DNA of 64,000 nucleotides from Gemmatimonadota bacterium (GTDB lineage: Bacteria; Gemmatimonadota; Gemmatimonadetes; Gemmatimonadales; Gemmatimonadaceae): positions 1 through 64,000 of the forward strand of contig JAZJZK010000006.1 of the NCBI GenBank assembly GCA_040389905.1. Reading direction: 5' to 3'. Positions 1 to 11,473 of the stretch are shown piece after piece (position 1 is the stretch's first letter; each line of letters opens with the position of its first letter). The position numbers were made by a program, and so were the translations under genes. The notes under the pieces were generated by a model. The model saw nothing but the letters and a program-made list of their open reading frames with translations, did not search any database and was not told the DNA's origin.

Positions 1-62
1 TCCACACCATGAACGCGCTTCTCTGAAGATGAATTTTGCGCCAAGAAGTAGTTAGGCTCCGC

Positions 63-91
63 TTGCTATAGTAGTCATTGGTGACTATCGT
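63..91 (+). promoter_or_regulatory. sigma70-like promoter TTGCTA-N17-TATCGT with operator palindrome TAGTCA-ttgg-TGACTA (72-87)
   Basis: -35 at 63-68, -10 at 86-91, perfect 6-bp inverted repeat spanning the spacer; ATG at 98 lies 6 nt after the -10. Confidence 0.65.
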
Positions 92-358
92 ATGACTATG
101 TCAGATATCGGCGTAGCGGAACTCAAGGCGAAGTTGAGCGAGTATCTCCGGGCGGTGCGGCGGGGACAGGAGGTCACGGTCATGGACCGCGACACGCCGA
201 TCGCGCGGTTGGTGCCGTATGCGCCGAGTGGCCCGCTGGTGGTCCGGGAACCTGTATCGCGGTATCGCTCGCTGGCGGATATCGCACTTCCCCCGCGTCC
301 GGGTATGACCATCGATCCCGTGGAGTTGCTGCTCGAGGATCGGCGCGGCGACGAGTGA
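92..358 (+). CDS. Phd/YefM-family type II antitoxin (true start may be ATG 98)
   Basis: IGVAELKAKLSEYLRAVRRGQEVTVMDRDTPIARLVP is a typical prevent-host-death N-terminus; overlaps the PIN gene by GTGA. Confidence 0.85.
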   Translation: MTMSDIGVAELKAKLSEYLRAVRRGQEVTVMDRDTPIARLVPYAPSGPLVVREPVSRYRSLADIALPPRPGMTIDPVELLLEDRRGDE

Positions 359-771
359 TCGCGTACCTCGATTCCTCCGTCATTCTCCGCGTGGTGCTTC
401 GCCAGCCGGAAGCACTCGCGGAGTGGAATGGCATCGTCACAGGGATTACGAGTGCGCTCGCAGAAGTTGAATGCCTGAGAACCATGGACCGGTTGCGGCT
501 GCTTGGCCAACTCACGGCGGACGAAGCCGTGGCGGGCCGTGAAACGATCTATCGAATCGTCGAGGCGCTCGAGGTGGTCGAGCTCTCGCCAGCGGTCATG
601 CGCCGGGCGTCACAGCCACTGCCCGCTCCGCTTGGGACGCTCGATGCCATGCACCTCGCGACGGCCGATCTCTGGCGCGAAAGTCGAGCGAAGGAGCCGA
701 TCATCGCAACGCACGACAAGGCGCTCGGACTCGCTGCGCGCGCGACGGGCTTCAAGGTCCTTGGCTGCTAG
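355..771 (+). CDS. vapC: PIN-domain (VapC) toxin
   Basis: YLDSS, AEVE, TLDAMHLATA and THD acidic PIN motifs; 138 aa; follows antitoxin. Confidence 0.88.
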   Translation: MIAYLDSSVILRVVLRQPEALAEWNGIVTGITSALAEVECLRTMDRLRLLGQLTADEAVAGRETIYRIVEALEVVELSPAVMRRASQPLPAPLGTLDAMHLATADLWRESRAKEPIIATHDKALGLAARATGFKVLGC

Positions 772-2367
<1,596 letters not shown>

Positions 2368-2460
2368 GCGACATTTCGTTCATGCGGTGAACTGTCGGAC
2401 CTGTACTCGGCGCGAGTGCGGGTCCGTTGTTCGTTCGGACGCAAAAATTTGAAATCCGCA

Positions 2461-2593
2461 TTGACGAACCGTGGAAGAATCCGTACATCACCATGTCCAT
2501 TCCTTGCGTTCCGTGGACCACGGGATTTATTCGTGTGTCGGTCGAAGGCGTACGGTGTTGTACATTGACATCTGGCGCTGAATTGCCGACATT
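2461..2593 (+). promoter_or_regulatory. two tandem sigma70-like promoters: TTGACG-N17-TACATC (2461-2489) and TTGACA-N17-GACATT (2565-2593)
   Basis: near-consensus -35 boxes with exact 17-nt spacers upstream of the permease. Confidence 0.55.
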
Positions 2594-2682
2594 TTTGTAT
2601 GCAAGTCCGGCCCACGCGGCGGGCTGACCCGGATTGTCCGTAGCAATCGACCTTCAATCGAGAACATCAAAGGGGGAATAGC

Positions 2683-4158
2683 GTGGCTGGTTCACTGTGG
2701 CGAACGAAGTCGATTGACCAACTCATGGCCGATAGCGGCGCGACGACCGAAGGGGGGCTCAAGCGGACCCTTGGCTCCTTCGCTCTCGTCGCCCTGGGCA
2801 TCGGCGCCATCATTGGCGCGGGATTGTTCGTGCGAACGGCGGCGGCTATCGCCGATCGCGCCGGCCCGTCGGTAACACTCGCGTTCATCGTCGCCGGTAT
2901 CGGGTGCGCCTTCGCGGGACTGTGCTACGCGGAGTTCGCGTCGATGATCCCGATCGCGGGTAGTGCGTATACCTACTCGTATGTCACGATGGGTGAACTC
3001 GTTGCCTGGATCATCGGCTGGGATCTGGTGCTCGAGTACGCCGTTGGTGCAGCAACCGTAGCCATCGCATGGAGCGAGTACTTCAACAAGGTGCTCGGCT
3101 ACATGGGGATGAATATCCCGTATTCGTGGAGTCACTCGCCCTTCGAGGTGGCGCGCGATACCGGGGTGCACGGCATGATCAACCTGCCGGCCGTGTTCAT
3201 CCTGCTCGTCCTCTCGATGCTGCTCGTGCGCGGTACACAGGAATCGGCGTTCGTGAACAACATCATTGTGATCACGAAGGTCACGATCGTCGTGATGGTC
3301 ATCGCGATTGGCTGGGGCTTCATGAATCCGGCGAATCACACGCCGTACATTCCGCAGGCAACGACCTATACCACGCCTGAAGGGGTGACGCACGCGTACG
3401 GCGGGATCATGGGTATTCTGGGGGCCGCCGGTGTGGTGTTCTTCGCCTTCATCGGGTTCGACGCGGTGTCGACCGCGGCACAGGAAGCCAAGAATCCAAG
3501 TCGAGACATGCCGATCGGCATTCTTGGCTCGCTCGTGGTGTGCACGGTGCTCTACGTGCTCTTCTCACATGTGCTCAGCGGCGTCGCGACGGTCGAGGAC
3601 TTCCGGACGTTCGGCAAGGAAGCGTCGGTGACATTTGCGATCGAGAAGTACATGACGGGGTATGCATGGCTCGGCAAGTTCGTCACGGTCGCGATCCTGG
3701 CCGGGTTTTCCTCGGTCATTCTCGTCATGCTCCTTGGCCAGTCACGCGTGTTCTACTCGATGAGCCGCGACGGCCTGGTGCCGGCGATCTTCTCCGACGT
3801 GCATCCGAAGTACCAGACGCCGTACAAGTCCAACATGCTGTTCTTCGTCTTCACGGCGCTGTTCGCGGCCTTCGTGCCCGGCGACATCGTTGGCGAGATG
3901 ACCAGTATCGGAACGCTGTTCGCCTTCATCCTGGTGTGTGCCGGCGTCTGGATCATGCGCGTCCGACGTCCAGAACTGCCACGGGCGTTCAAGGTGGCTG
4001 GGGTTCCTGTGGTGTCGTCACTCGGCATCATCGTCTGCGGAGCCATGATCTACGGCCTGGGTTGGACGAACTGGCTCCGACTCGCAGTGTGGCTCGCCAT
4101 CGGGCTGGTGTTCTACTTCAGCTACGGGAAGAGCCACTCGAAGCTGGCGAAAAGCTGA
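2683..4158 (+). CDS. APC-family amino acid permease (cationic amino acid transporter-like)
   Basis: GIGAIIGAGLF, CYAEFASMIPIAGSAYTY, FFAFIGFDAVST; many TM helices. Confidence 0.93.
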   Translation: MAGSLWRTKSIDQLMADSGATTEGGLKRTLGSFALVALGIGAIIGAGLFVRTAAAIADRAGPSVTLAFIVAGIGCAFAGLCYAEFASMIPIAGSAYTYSYVTMGELVAWIIGWDLVLEYAVGAATVAIAWSEYFNKVLGYMGMNIPYSWSHSPFEVARDTGVHGMINLPAVFILLVLSMLLVRGTQESAFVNNIIVITKVTIVVMVIAIGWGFMNPANHTPYIPQATTYTTPEGVTHAYGGIMGILGAAGVVFFAFIGFDAVSTAAQEAKNPSRDMPIGILGSLVVCTVLYVLFSHVLSGVATVEDFRTFGKEASVTFAIEKYMTGYAWLGKFVTVAILAGFSSVILVMLLGQSRVFYSMSRDGLVPAIFSDVHPKYQTPYKSNMLFFVFTALFAAFVPGDIVGEMTSIGTLFAFILVCAGVWIMRVRRPELPRAFKVAGVPVVSSLGIIVCGAMIYGLGWTNWLRLAVWLAIGLVFYFSYGKSHSKLAKS

Positions 4159-4190
4159 TCTGAGATAGGCTTTTCTTCTCCTGGACCAAT

Positions 4191-4218
4191 GCGGCGCTCC
4201 GAACGGGGCGCCGTTTTG
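4191..4218 (+). terminator. intrinsic terminator after the permease
   Basis: GCGGCGCTCC-gaac-GGGGCGCCGT hairpin followed by a T run. Confidence 0.75.
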
Positions 4219-4278
4219 CTTGGGGTAATCGTGATGCGTGCCGAGTATCTTCCATCCTCGCGCCCAATCCAAGCCATT

Positions 4279-5301
4279 GTGACTTTCGACCTTCTCGCAG
4301 TTCCCGCAAACCGCCGCGCCGCCATCGAATCGATGGCGTCCGAGTTTATCGCTGGCCGCCGTGTGGCCCTCAGCACGCACCTCAATTCCGACGGCGACGG
4401 CTGTGGATCGGAGAGCGCTCTGGCGCGCCTGTTGAACGCGCAGGGACTCGTCTCCCGGATCGTCAACCCGACACCGTGGCCGGACATGTTCGACTTCCTG
4501 CTCGGCGACGACGTATCGAACATGACGGGCAAGGGATCGAAGGCCCTTCGCGACATCGACCTCCTGATCGTGCTCGACATCAGCGACGTGAAGCGACTCG
4601 GTGTGCTGTCCGACTCGGTGCGGGCGCTCTCGGTGCCGAAACTGGTCATCGACCACCATGTCGCCTCCGACGACCCGGCGAGTGCGCGCGGCGTGAGTGA
4701 CACGACAGCGTGCGCCACCGCGGAACTGGTGTACGACATCGCGCAGGTGATGCAGTGGGAAATCACTCCGCTCATCGCACGTTCGCTCTACACGGGCATG
4801 CTCACCGATACGGGCGGCTTTCGCTTCAGCAACACGTCACCGCGCTGTCTTGCCGTGGCGGCGCAACTCCTTGCCTGCGGCGTCGACCCCGAAGAGATGT
4901 ACACGCGGATTTACGCGTCGGCGCCTGCTGGGCGTGTGCGACTCATGGCCGACGTGCTCGCCACGCTGCAGATGGACGAGGCGCACGGGCTCACGTGGCT
5001 GACGATGCAGGCGGGTGCGCTCGAGAAGTACGACGTGAAGGCGGAGGATCTCGACGGAATCGTCGAACACGCGCGTTCGATCGCCGGCACGCGAATGGCG
5101 CTCTTCTTCCGCGATCTGGGGCACGGAAAGGTGAAGGTGTCGTTCCGCTCGACGGGTGGCACCGATGTCAACGCCTTCGCGCGCCAGTTTGGCGGCGGTG
5201 GTCACGCGAAAGCGTCTGGCGCATTGATCGCCGGCGAACTGGCTGAGGTGCGAGACACGGTCGTCGAGCGGGCGCAAGCATTTCTATCGCCGGCACAGTG
5301 A
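4279..5301 (+). CDS. nrnA: DHH/DHHA1 phosphoesterase (nanoRNase/pAp phosphatase)
   Basis: HxNSDGD, VIDHH, DTGGF, SFRS, GGGGH motifs; start moved to GTG 4279, downstream of the terminator. Confidence 0.88.
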   Translation: MTFDLLAVPANRRAAIESMASEFIAGRRVALSTHLNSDGDGCGSESALARLLNAQGLVSRIVNPTPWPDMFDFLLGDDVSNMTGKGSKALRDIDLLIVLDISDVKRLGVLSDSVRALSVPKLVIDHHVASDDPASARGVSDTTACATAELVYDIAQVMQWEITPLIARSLYTGMLTDTGGFRFSNTSPRCLAVAAQLLACGVDPEEMYTRIYASAPAGRVRLMADVLATLQMDEAHGLTWLTMQAGALEKYDVKAEDLDGIVEHARSIAGTRMALFFRDLGHGKVKVSFRSTGGTDVNAFARQFGGGGHAKASGALIAGELAEVRDTVVERAQAFLSPAQ

Positions 5302-5383
5302 ACGCGGATTGAGCGGATCTCGAACGGATTTCGTGTTTCATGCGTTATCGATGTTTTCATTTCCATTCGCCCAATCCGCGTTC
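5300..5383. repeat. CGGAT-rich imperfect inverted repeat between convergent genes
   Basis: GAACGCGGATTGAGCGGAT (5300-5318) pairs with ATTCGCCCAATCCGCGTTC (5365-5383). Confidence 0.7.
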
Positions 5384-5393
5384 CATGTGCGGC

Positions 5394-8063
5394 TTACTTC
5401 TTTAGTGTGATTGTTTTTGTCAGCCTGATGTCGCCGGACGAAGCGCCAACTTCGATCGCGACCGGCGCGTTCTCGAGTGCCCAGCCATGTGTCGCCGTGT
5501 CCCAGTAGGCGAGCGTTCTTGCCTCGAGGGGGAATGACACAATCTTCGACTCGCCGGGCCTGAGTGCGATACGCTGGAAGCCGCGGAGATCGCGTTTCGG
5601 CCGGTCGACCTTTGACTTGGGATGGCGCACGTACATCTGCACGACTTCTTCGCCCGCGACCTTACCGGTGTTCCTGACGGTGACCTTTACCGTCACCTTG
5701 CCGTTCGCTCCGATCGTGTTCGCGCTCGTCGTGAGGCCCGAGTAGCCGAAGGTCGTGTAGCTCAGGCCATGGCCAAACGGATACAGCGGCTTCCCCTCGA
5801 AGAAGCGATACGTGCGGCCCTTCATGTCATAGTTCGAGAAAGGCGGCAGGTCCGTGGTATCCTTGTAGAACGTTACCGGAAGACGTCCAGCGGGGTTATA
5901 GTCGCCAAAGAGGACGTCTGCGATGGCTGAGCCACCGGCCTGGCCAGGATACCAGCCTTCAACGATCGCGGGCACGTTGTCCTGCGCCCAATTCACGGCG
6001 AGTGCGCTGCCGTTGAGCAGCACAAGCACGGTCGGCTTGCCGAGTGCCGTGATCTTCTTCAGCAGGTTTTCCTGCACGGCGGGTAGATCGATGCGAGTGC
6101 GATCTCCGCCTTTGAACCCTTCGACCTGAATCGCCATCTCCTCGCCTTCGAGTCGAGCCGTCAGGCCGAGGACCATCACGATGGCGTCGGCTTGTCTGGC
6201 GACGTCAAGCGCTTCGCTCTCGAGCGCCTGTCCCGGCATTGACGTGCTGAAGCTCAGTTGCGCATCGCCGTAGGTCTCCTGGGCTTCGATACGAAGCTTG
6301 TACTCCTTGCCGCTCTCGAGCTGGATCGGCGCGCTCTGCACAAATCGCGGATCCGGAGACTCACCGTCGCGCTGCGGAAAGCGCGAACGGAAGATCAGGC
6401 TGTCGTTCACGTAGAGTTGGTACTTCATGCTGCCCATGAGCCCCAACTGATATGCTCCCGATTGCGGCGGACGAAACGAGCCGCTCCACCGTACGCTGAA
6501 GTTGTCGGCGTTGAGGTCCGGTCGCGGCGCCGCGTCTTCCCAGAAGACGTTGACCGTCGTGTCCACACGCGTGAACACGGGCGTGCCCGCGTAGCCTTGC
6601 CCCGCGAAGAACTCCGCGCGCAAGCCGCGGCTGCCGTCAGGCGCCACGAGCATCGACGCGCCGGCAATGTCGAGCACCGGGAACTTGTCGGCGAGATCGG
6701 AGCCGCGCGCGTAGAGCACTTTGGTGTTCTTCGAGACCGCCTCGCGAATGCCGCGTAACGGCGTGACGGGATCGGACGGATCGCCGTTGTAATTACCGAG
6801 GAGCATGGTCGCCTGATTCGCGTTCGGCCCGATGACCGCGATGGTGCCGAGCGTCTTCTTCAGCGGGAGTGTGTTCTTGTCGTTCTTGAGCAGGACGATC
6901 GACTTCCGCGCGACTTCGCGTGCAAGCTCCTTGTGCGGTTTGGAATCCAGAATGGAGAGTGGGATGCTCGCGTACTTCACCTTCTCCGCTGGGTCGAACA
7001 TGCCCAGCTTCATGCGCGCCACGAATAGGCGCCGGACGGAGTTGTCGATCTCCGCTTCGGTGATGAGGCCTTGCTGCACGGCGGCGACGAGGCTCGGATA
7101 GACGCGTCCGAAGCAATCGAGGTCGGTATGGTTCTTTACCGCGATGGCCGCTGCGGCGGGCGCCGACGGGGCAACCTTGTGCCGGAGATAGATGTCGTCG
7201 ATGGCGCCGCAATCGGACACGATGTATCCGGGGAATTTCCACTCGTCGAGGAGGATCTTGCCCTCGAGGTCATCCTGCGCGCAGGCCGCCTTGCCGCCGA
7301 TCCTGTTGTAGGCGCACATCAGCGAGTACGCCTTTCCTTCGCGAATGCCCACTTCGAAATGCGGGAGGTACGTCTCTCGCAGATCGCGCTCGCTCACGAC
7401 GGCGTCGAACACGTGCCGATCGGACTCAGGTCCGCTGTGCACGGCGAAATGCTTCACCGTTGCAATGGTCTTGAAATACTTCGGGTCGTCGCCCTGCAGC
7501 CCCTTGATGAACGGCACGGCAATGCGTCCCGTCAGCCACGGATCTTCGCCGTAGGTCTCTTGACCTCGGCCCCACCGTGGATCGCGGAAGATGTTGATGT
7601 TCGGGGACCAGACGGTCAGCCCCTGGTAGCGCGCGTGGCTGTTCTGACGGATGTACTCGTGGTACTTCGCGCGGAATTCATCGGAAATGACGGTGGCCAT
7701 GCGGAAGACCAGGCTGTCGTCCCACGTGGCCGCGAAGCCGATGGCCTGCGGGAATACCGTGGCGAGTTGTGCACGCGCGACGCCATGCAGTCCTTCATTC
7801 CACCAGCCGTAAGCGGGGACACCAAGCCGGTCGATCGCCGGCGCGTTGTCCTTCATCTGGTTGGCCTTTTCTTCGAGCGTCATCCGGCTGACGAGATCAG
7901 CCGCGCGCTGTTCAAAAGTGAGGTCCGTGTTCAGGTACGCCGGGCGCGGCGTTGCCGATGGCAGCGTTTGTTGCGCCGCAGACACTCTTGCGATGACGAA
8001 CACGGCAACTGCGATGGCAAGGCCGCGAGTGGCCTGACGAGAAACTTCGCGAAGACTCGACAT
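5394..8063 (-). CDS. GH3 beta-glucosidase/beta-xylosidase with PA14 and Fn3-like domains, secreted
   Basis: WWNEGLHG, RDPRWGRGQETYGEDP, KHFAVH, nucleophile VSDC, LEGEE, YPFGHGLSY; signal peptide. Confidence 0.95.
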   Translation of the reverse strand: MSSLREVSRQATRGLAIAVAVFVIARVSAAQQTLPSATPRPAYLNTDLTFEQRAADLVSRMTLEEKANQMKDNAPAIDRLGVPAYGWWNEGLHGVARAQLATVFPQAIGFAATWDDSLVFRMATVISDEFRAKYHEYIRQNSHARYQGLTVWSPNINIFRDPRWGRGQETYGEDPWLTGRIAVPFIKGLQGDDPKYFKTIATVKHFAVHSGPESDRHVFDAVVSERDLRETYLPHFEVGIREGKAYSLMCAYNRIGGKAACAQDDLEGKILLDEWKFPGYIVSDCGAIDDIYLRHKVAPSAPAAAAIAVKNHTDLDCFGRVYPSLVAAVQQGLITEAEIDNSVRRLFVARMKLGMFDPAEKVKYASIPLSILDSKPHKELAREVARKSIVLLKNDKNTLPLKKTLGTIAVIGPNANQATMLLGNYNGDPSDPVTPLRGIREAVSKNTKVLYARGSDLADKFPVLDIAGASMLVAPDGSRGLRAEFFAGQGYAGTPVFTRVDTTVNVFWEDAAPRPDLNADNFSVRWSGSFRPPQSGAYQLGLMGSMKYQLYVNDSLIFRSRFPQRDGESPDPRFVQSAPIQLESGKEYKLRIEAQETYGDAQLSFSTSMPGQALESEALDVARQADAIVMVLGLTARLEGEEMAIQVEGFKGGDRTRIDLPAVQENLLKKITALGKPTVLVLLNGSALAVNWAQDNVPAIVEGWYPGQAGGSAIADVLFGDYNPAGRLPVTFYKDTTDLPPFSNYDMKGRTYRFFEGKPLYPFGHGLSYTTFGYSGLTTSANTIGANGKVTVKVTVRNTGKVAGEEVVQMYVRHPKSKVDRPKRDLRGFQRIALRPGESKIVSFPLEARTLAYWDTATHGWALENAPVAIEVGASSGDIRLTKTITLKK

Positions 8064-8127
8064 TTTCGATTAAGAAAGTTTGACTAACAAAACAACGTTG
8101 ACCAACGAGTGCCCATCCTGAGAACCG

Positions 8128-9069
8128 CTAGCGAATCGTGTAGCCTTTCCACAACCAGCGCAGAGCGTTCGGGAAATCTGCCTGGGCCTGAACGGGCGGG
8201 AAGTGAGCCCCGTCGCCCGGCCGAAAGCGCACGGCGTACCCGCGGTCGGTTAGCGCCGCGAACATCGCCTTATTGGCGTCGAGCCAGCTCCCGAACTGAT
8301 TGTTCAAGTCCTTGGTTCCGCTGAGCAGGTAAACACGAAGTGGTTTTGGTCCGGCCGTGCGAATCATCGATGGGTAGGCGTTGCCGCCATGAATGTTCAC
8401 GAAGCTGCCGTTCTGCGTCAGAATCTTGCGGAAGGCATTGGGCCGTTGCCACCCGACGGTGAACGACGCGATGCCGCCAGAGCTTTGTCCGGCGATCGCC
8501 CAACCGTTCGGATCGTCAACGACCTCGTACTTGCTGCGGATTACGTCGGGGATGATTTCGTCGATGAGAAAGCGAGCGTACGTGTCGTCGAGGGTGTCGT
8601 ATTCCATTGCCCGCTTGTCACGATCGGTCGCTTGCACGTACGTGCCGCTGACCGTTCCGGGATCGAGAAACAGCCCAATCGTAACCGGCATGTCTCCGGC
8701 CTGAATCAGATTGTCGAAGACCTGCGGCGTTTTCATCAGGCCGAGGTAGACGCTGCTGGCGTCCTGGAACACCATGAGCGCCGCAGGATGCCCCGGACGA
8801 TACTGGGCAGGAACGTAGACCCGATAACGAAAGTTGAGGCCGCCGAACACCTTGCTTTGATAGAGCGCTGCCGACGAGAGCTGACCTTCGGGCGCGTTCG
8901 CAATGCGCTGCGAGATTTCCGCAGGAACCGTGTACGGCTCCGGCTGTGCCTCGAGCCCAACGCCAGTCAGCCCGGGGTCCGCTTGATGACCCGATGGCGC
9001 GAGATGCGAGCACGCCATGAGCTGCACGCATGCGGCGACGGCGGCGCCAATGTTCCTCAACAGCTTCAT
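8128..9069 (-). CDS. alpha/beta-hydrolase esterase (enterochelin-esterase-like), lipoprotein
   Basis: GQSSGG nucleophile elbow, YVPAQY, lipobox-like LMAC. Confidence 0.8.
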   Translation of the reverse strand: MKLLRNIGAAVAACVQLMACSHLAPSGHQADPGLTGVGLEAQPEPYTVPAEISQRIANAPEGQLSSAALYQSKVFGGLNFRYRVYVPAQYRPGHPAALMVFQDASSVYLGLMKTPQVFDNLIQAGDMPVTIGLFLDPGTVSGTYVQATDRDKRAMEYDTLDDTYARFLIDEIIPDVIRSKYEVVDDPNGWAIAGQSSGGIASFTVGWQRPNAFRKILTQNGSFVNIHGGNAYPSMIRTAGPKPLRVYLLSGTKDLNNQFGSWLDANKAMFAALTDRGYAVRFRPGDGAHFPPVQAQADFPNALRWLWKGYTIR

Positions 9070-10637
9070 CGCGAGCTCACGTAGATAGGAGTGTGCGTCA
9101 GAACCAGCTCCACCTGCCCGTTTGTGACGGGCAGACTGGCGGATGCCGCCGTCGCCTGACCAATCCGGGTGATGGTGGGTTCGATCGTCGCGCTGCTGGC
9201 GGAGATGGGCAATCGAACGGTGAGTGATGGCGCACCATCTTCGGGAAGGAGCACCGCCTGCGGGTCACGCCAGACGACCCAGCTCGTGCCATCGCGGCGC
9301 TCGATCCGGTAGACCCTCGCCTGCGCATTCGCGAGCACGACGCGGTTGATCGACCGGTATCCATTGATGTGACCCATCATTTGCTTGACAGCATAGAACA
9401 ACGGAAAGCGATCTGTCACCGAGGCGAAGATGTTTGTGCCGATCGCCCCGCCCCATGCCGATACGCCCGCACCGGCCCGAAATACGGGCAGCGTCGCGAT
9501 GCCGATGTCGCTCACGAACGAGAGGTTGATCACCTTGACCCCCTGTTCGGCGGCAATGATCGTGCGTTGCACCTGGTCCGCAGCAACGAAAGCGCGGGTC
9601 CATTCGAGCGTCGCGGCGTCCTTATTCACGAGTTTTGTGAAATACGACGCGAGCCGGCATCGGTCCGATTCTCGCGCAGGTGGAACCATGACACTAAGAC
9701 CGCCACCAGTGCAGGTCGTGGCGGCGCCCCAGCCGGCGTACGACGTCGGAAGGGTGTCACTGATGATGACGGGCCTTACGTATCCGCGTTTGCTGGTCTC
9801 GTACGCGAGCCAGCGCATCTGGTGTTCGATCTCGTAGGGATCGCCGAGGTTGTGAAGATTGATGAAGTCAAAAAGCTCGGGATGGTCCAGAATTTTGCGG
9901 ATGTCGCCGAGGTCGTGCGTCGTATCCACCCGTCGCGTCGCTTTCCATGCGGCGTCGTAGTCTCGCGGACTTGCGACGTCCAAGTTGACGGGTGTCGTCA
10001 GGAAGGCGGCGTGCCCGACCTGAACGGTCGTGGACGCACGGTGCGCTGCCTCGTACGCCAGTTTGAGCAGATCCAGGTATTCGTCCACTGGCTCTGGCTC
10101 GTAGCTCGAGAACTCATTGCCGATCTCGACAAAGCGCACTGGCCAGCGCAGCGACGGCATGTCGTCCTTCCCATCACCGTCGTAGCGCTCGACAACTGAC
10201 GTCACCCAGCTACTGAACAGCGCTCGGTATTCTGCCTTCGGTGCGGCATTCGACGCTCGGAGCTTCTTTACATCCTTCGACGCCCATTCGCTGTGCGGCT
10301 TGAGCGAGATGGTCAATTCGGTGAAGCCCCTCGTCTGATACTCCCGAACGAACCAGTCGAGCTTCGTGAAGTCGATGGCGGCGTTCGGCCCGCGCTGCAT
10401 TTCACCCCACTGAACTGACTCGACATAGTGCTTCATGCCCGTGAGTCCGGCGTCCGCGAAGGCCGCTGCCATGTTCGCGACGAGCCGCTGATTATCGAGG
10501 AGCGCATACTCGAAGCCCACGACGATTCCCGGGCCGGCGGTGCGCGCCGGCAGCCTCTGGCCGGGGAGTGGGTTCGAGATCGCGGCGCACGCCGCAACGG
10601 CGACGCATGAGATGCGCCGCCGCTGGCTCCAGATCAT
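9066..10637 (-). CDS. putative clan GH-A (GH39/GH5-like) glycoside hydrolase, secreted
   Basis: signal peptide, VVERYDGDGKDDMP, EIGNEF acid/base motif, C-terminal beta-sandwich; sits in a carbohydrate operon. Confidence 0.6.
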   Translation of the reverse strand: MIWSQRRRISCVAVAACAAISNPLPGQRLPARTAGPGIVVGFEYALLDNQRLVANMAAAFADAGLTGMKHYVESVQWGEMQRGPNAAIDFTKLDWFVREYQTRGFTELTISLKPHSEWASKDVKKLRASNAAPKAEYRALFSSWVTSVVERYDGDGKDDMPSLRWPVRFVEIGNEFSSYEPEPVDEYLDLLKLAYEAAHRASTTVQVGHAAFLTTPVNLDVASPRDYDAAWKATRRVDTTHDLGDIRKILDHPELFDFINLHNLGDPYEIEHQMRWLAYETSKRGYVRPVIISDTLPTSYAGWGAATTCTGGGLSVMVPPARESDRCRLASYFTKLVNKDAATLEWTRAFVAADQVQRTIIAAEQGVKVINLSFVSDIGIATLPVFRAGAGVSAWGGAIGTNIFASVTDRFPLFYAVKQMMGHINGYRSINRVVLANAQARVYRIERRDGTSWVVWRDPQAVLLPEDGAPSLTVRLPISASSATIEPTITRIGQATAASASLPVTNGQVELVLTHTPIYVSSR

Positions 10638-11473
10638 CGGACGAGCCGGAAATACGCCTCCGCGTAGCGCATTCCGAGTTCGCGTGCGGCGGCAGAATTG
10701 AAGTGCGTCGTGTCGCCTTTATCCTTGAGCCCCGCCGACGAGACAAAGGCTGCGTGCGGCACGTCGGCAGCGACCTTTCGATGTGCCGCATCGACAAGGC
10801 TCTTCGACGCGCTCCACGGCGCCCCATCGAAGCGGCCGAGCTGCCCGACGAGGATCGGGAGGTCGGGCTTGCCGAGGTCCTTTCGGAATCGATCGATCAG
10901 AACGCGCAGTTTCTGTTCGTAGAGCGGCGCTAGCCGTTCGCCGGTATCCGATTCCCCCTGATGCCAGAGTATAGCGGCAAGGTCGCCGTCCTTCATGGCA
11001 GCTCGTGCGCGCGCGAGCGCATCGTCATACGGGTGCGTCCTGGTCGCTGCATCGAGCGCTCCCGGCTCCCACGACGAAATGGGTGATCCGCCGACCGCCG
11101 CAGGAATCAATCCAATTCGAATGCTGGGGTTCGCTGAGGCGAGTGCGAGGGCGAATGACCGCCCGGGCCCCACACCCGCAACCGGCTTGTCAAAGTGCAC
11201 GGGATCGACCGCGGGCACCCAGGCGAGATTGCGATCGAGCATCACGATATGCGGATGCGGAATGCGATCTACGGCCTCGACGGTTCCGCGGCCGGCCATG
11301 TTCGATTGGCCCGCGAGCAGGAAGAGCTGCATGCGTAACGGCGCGGCAGCGGTCGCCGGCTCCGCGTTCGGCGTACGGCAACTCAAGGCCCCGATCAAGA
11401 GCAGCAGTCCTGCGGATCGAAATCGCAGTGCGCCGGCACCCGCGGCCGGCACGTTCGAGATACAAACCGTCAC
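10634..11473 (-). CDS. SASA/CE6-type carbohydrate acetylesterase, probable lipoprotein
   Basis: LLAGQSNM, WHQGESD, DTTHF SGNH-type motifs. Confidence 0.9.
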   Translation of the reverse strand: MTVCISNVPAAGAGALRFRSAGLLLLIGALSCRTPNAEPATAAAPLRMQLFLLAGQSNMAGRGTVEAVDRIPHPHIVMLDRNLAWVPAVDPVHFDKPVAGVGPGRSFALALASANPSIRIGLIPAAVGGSPISSWEPGALDAATRTHPYDDALARARAAMKDGDLAAILWHQGESDTGERLAPLYEQKLRVLIDRFRKDLGKPDLPILVGQLGRFDGAPWSASKSLVDAAHRKVAADVPHAAFVSSAGLKDKGDTTHFNSAAARELGMRYAEAYFRLVR

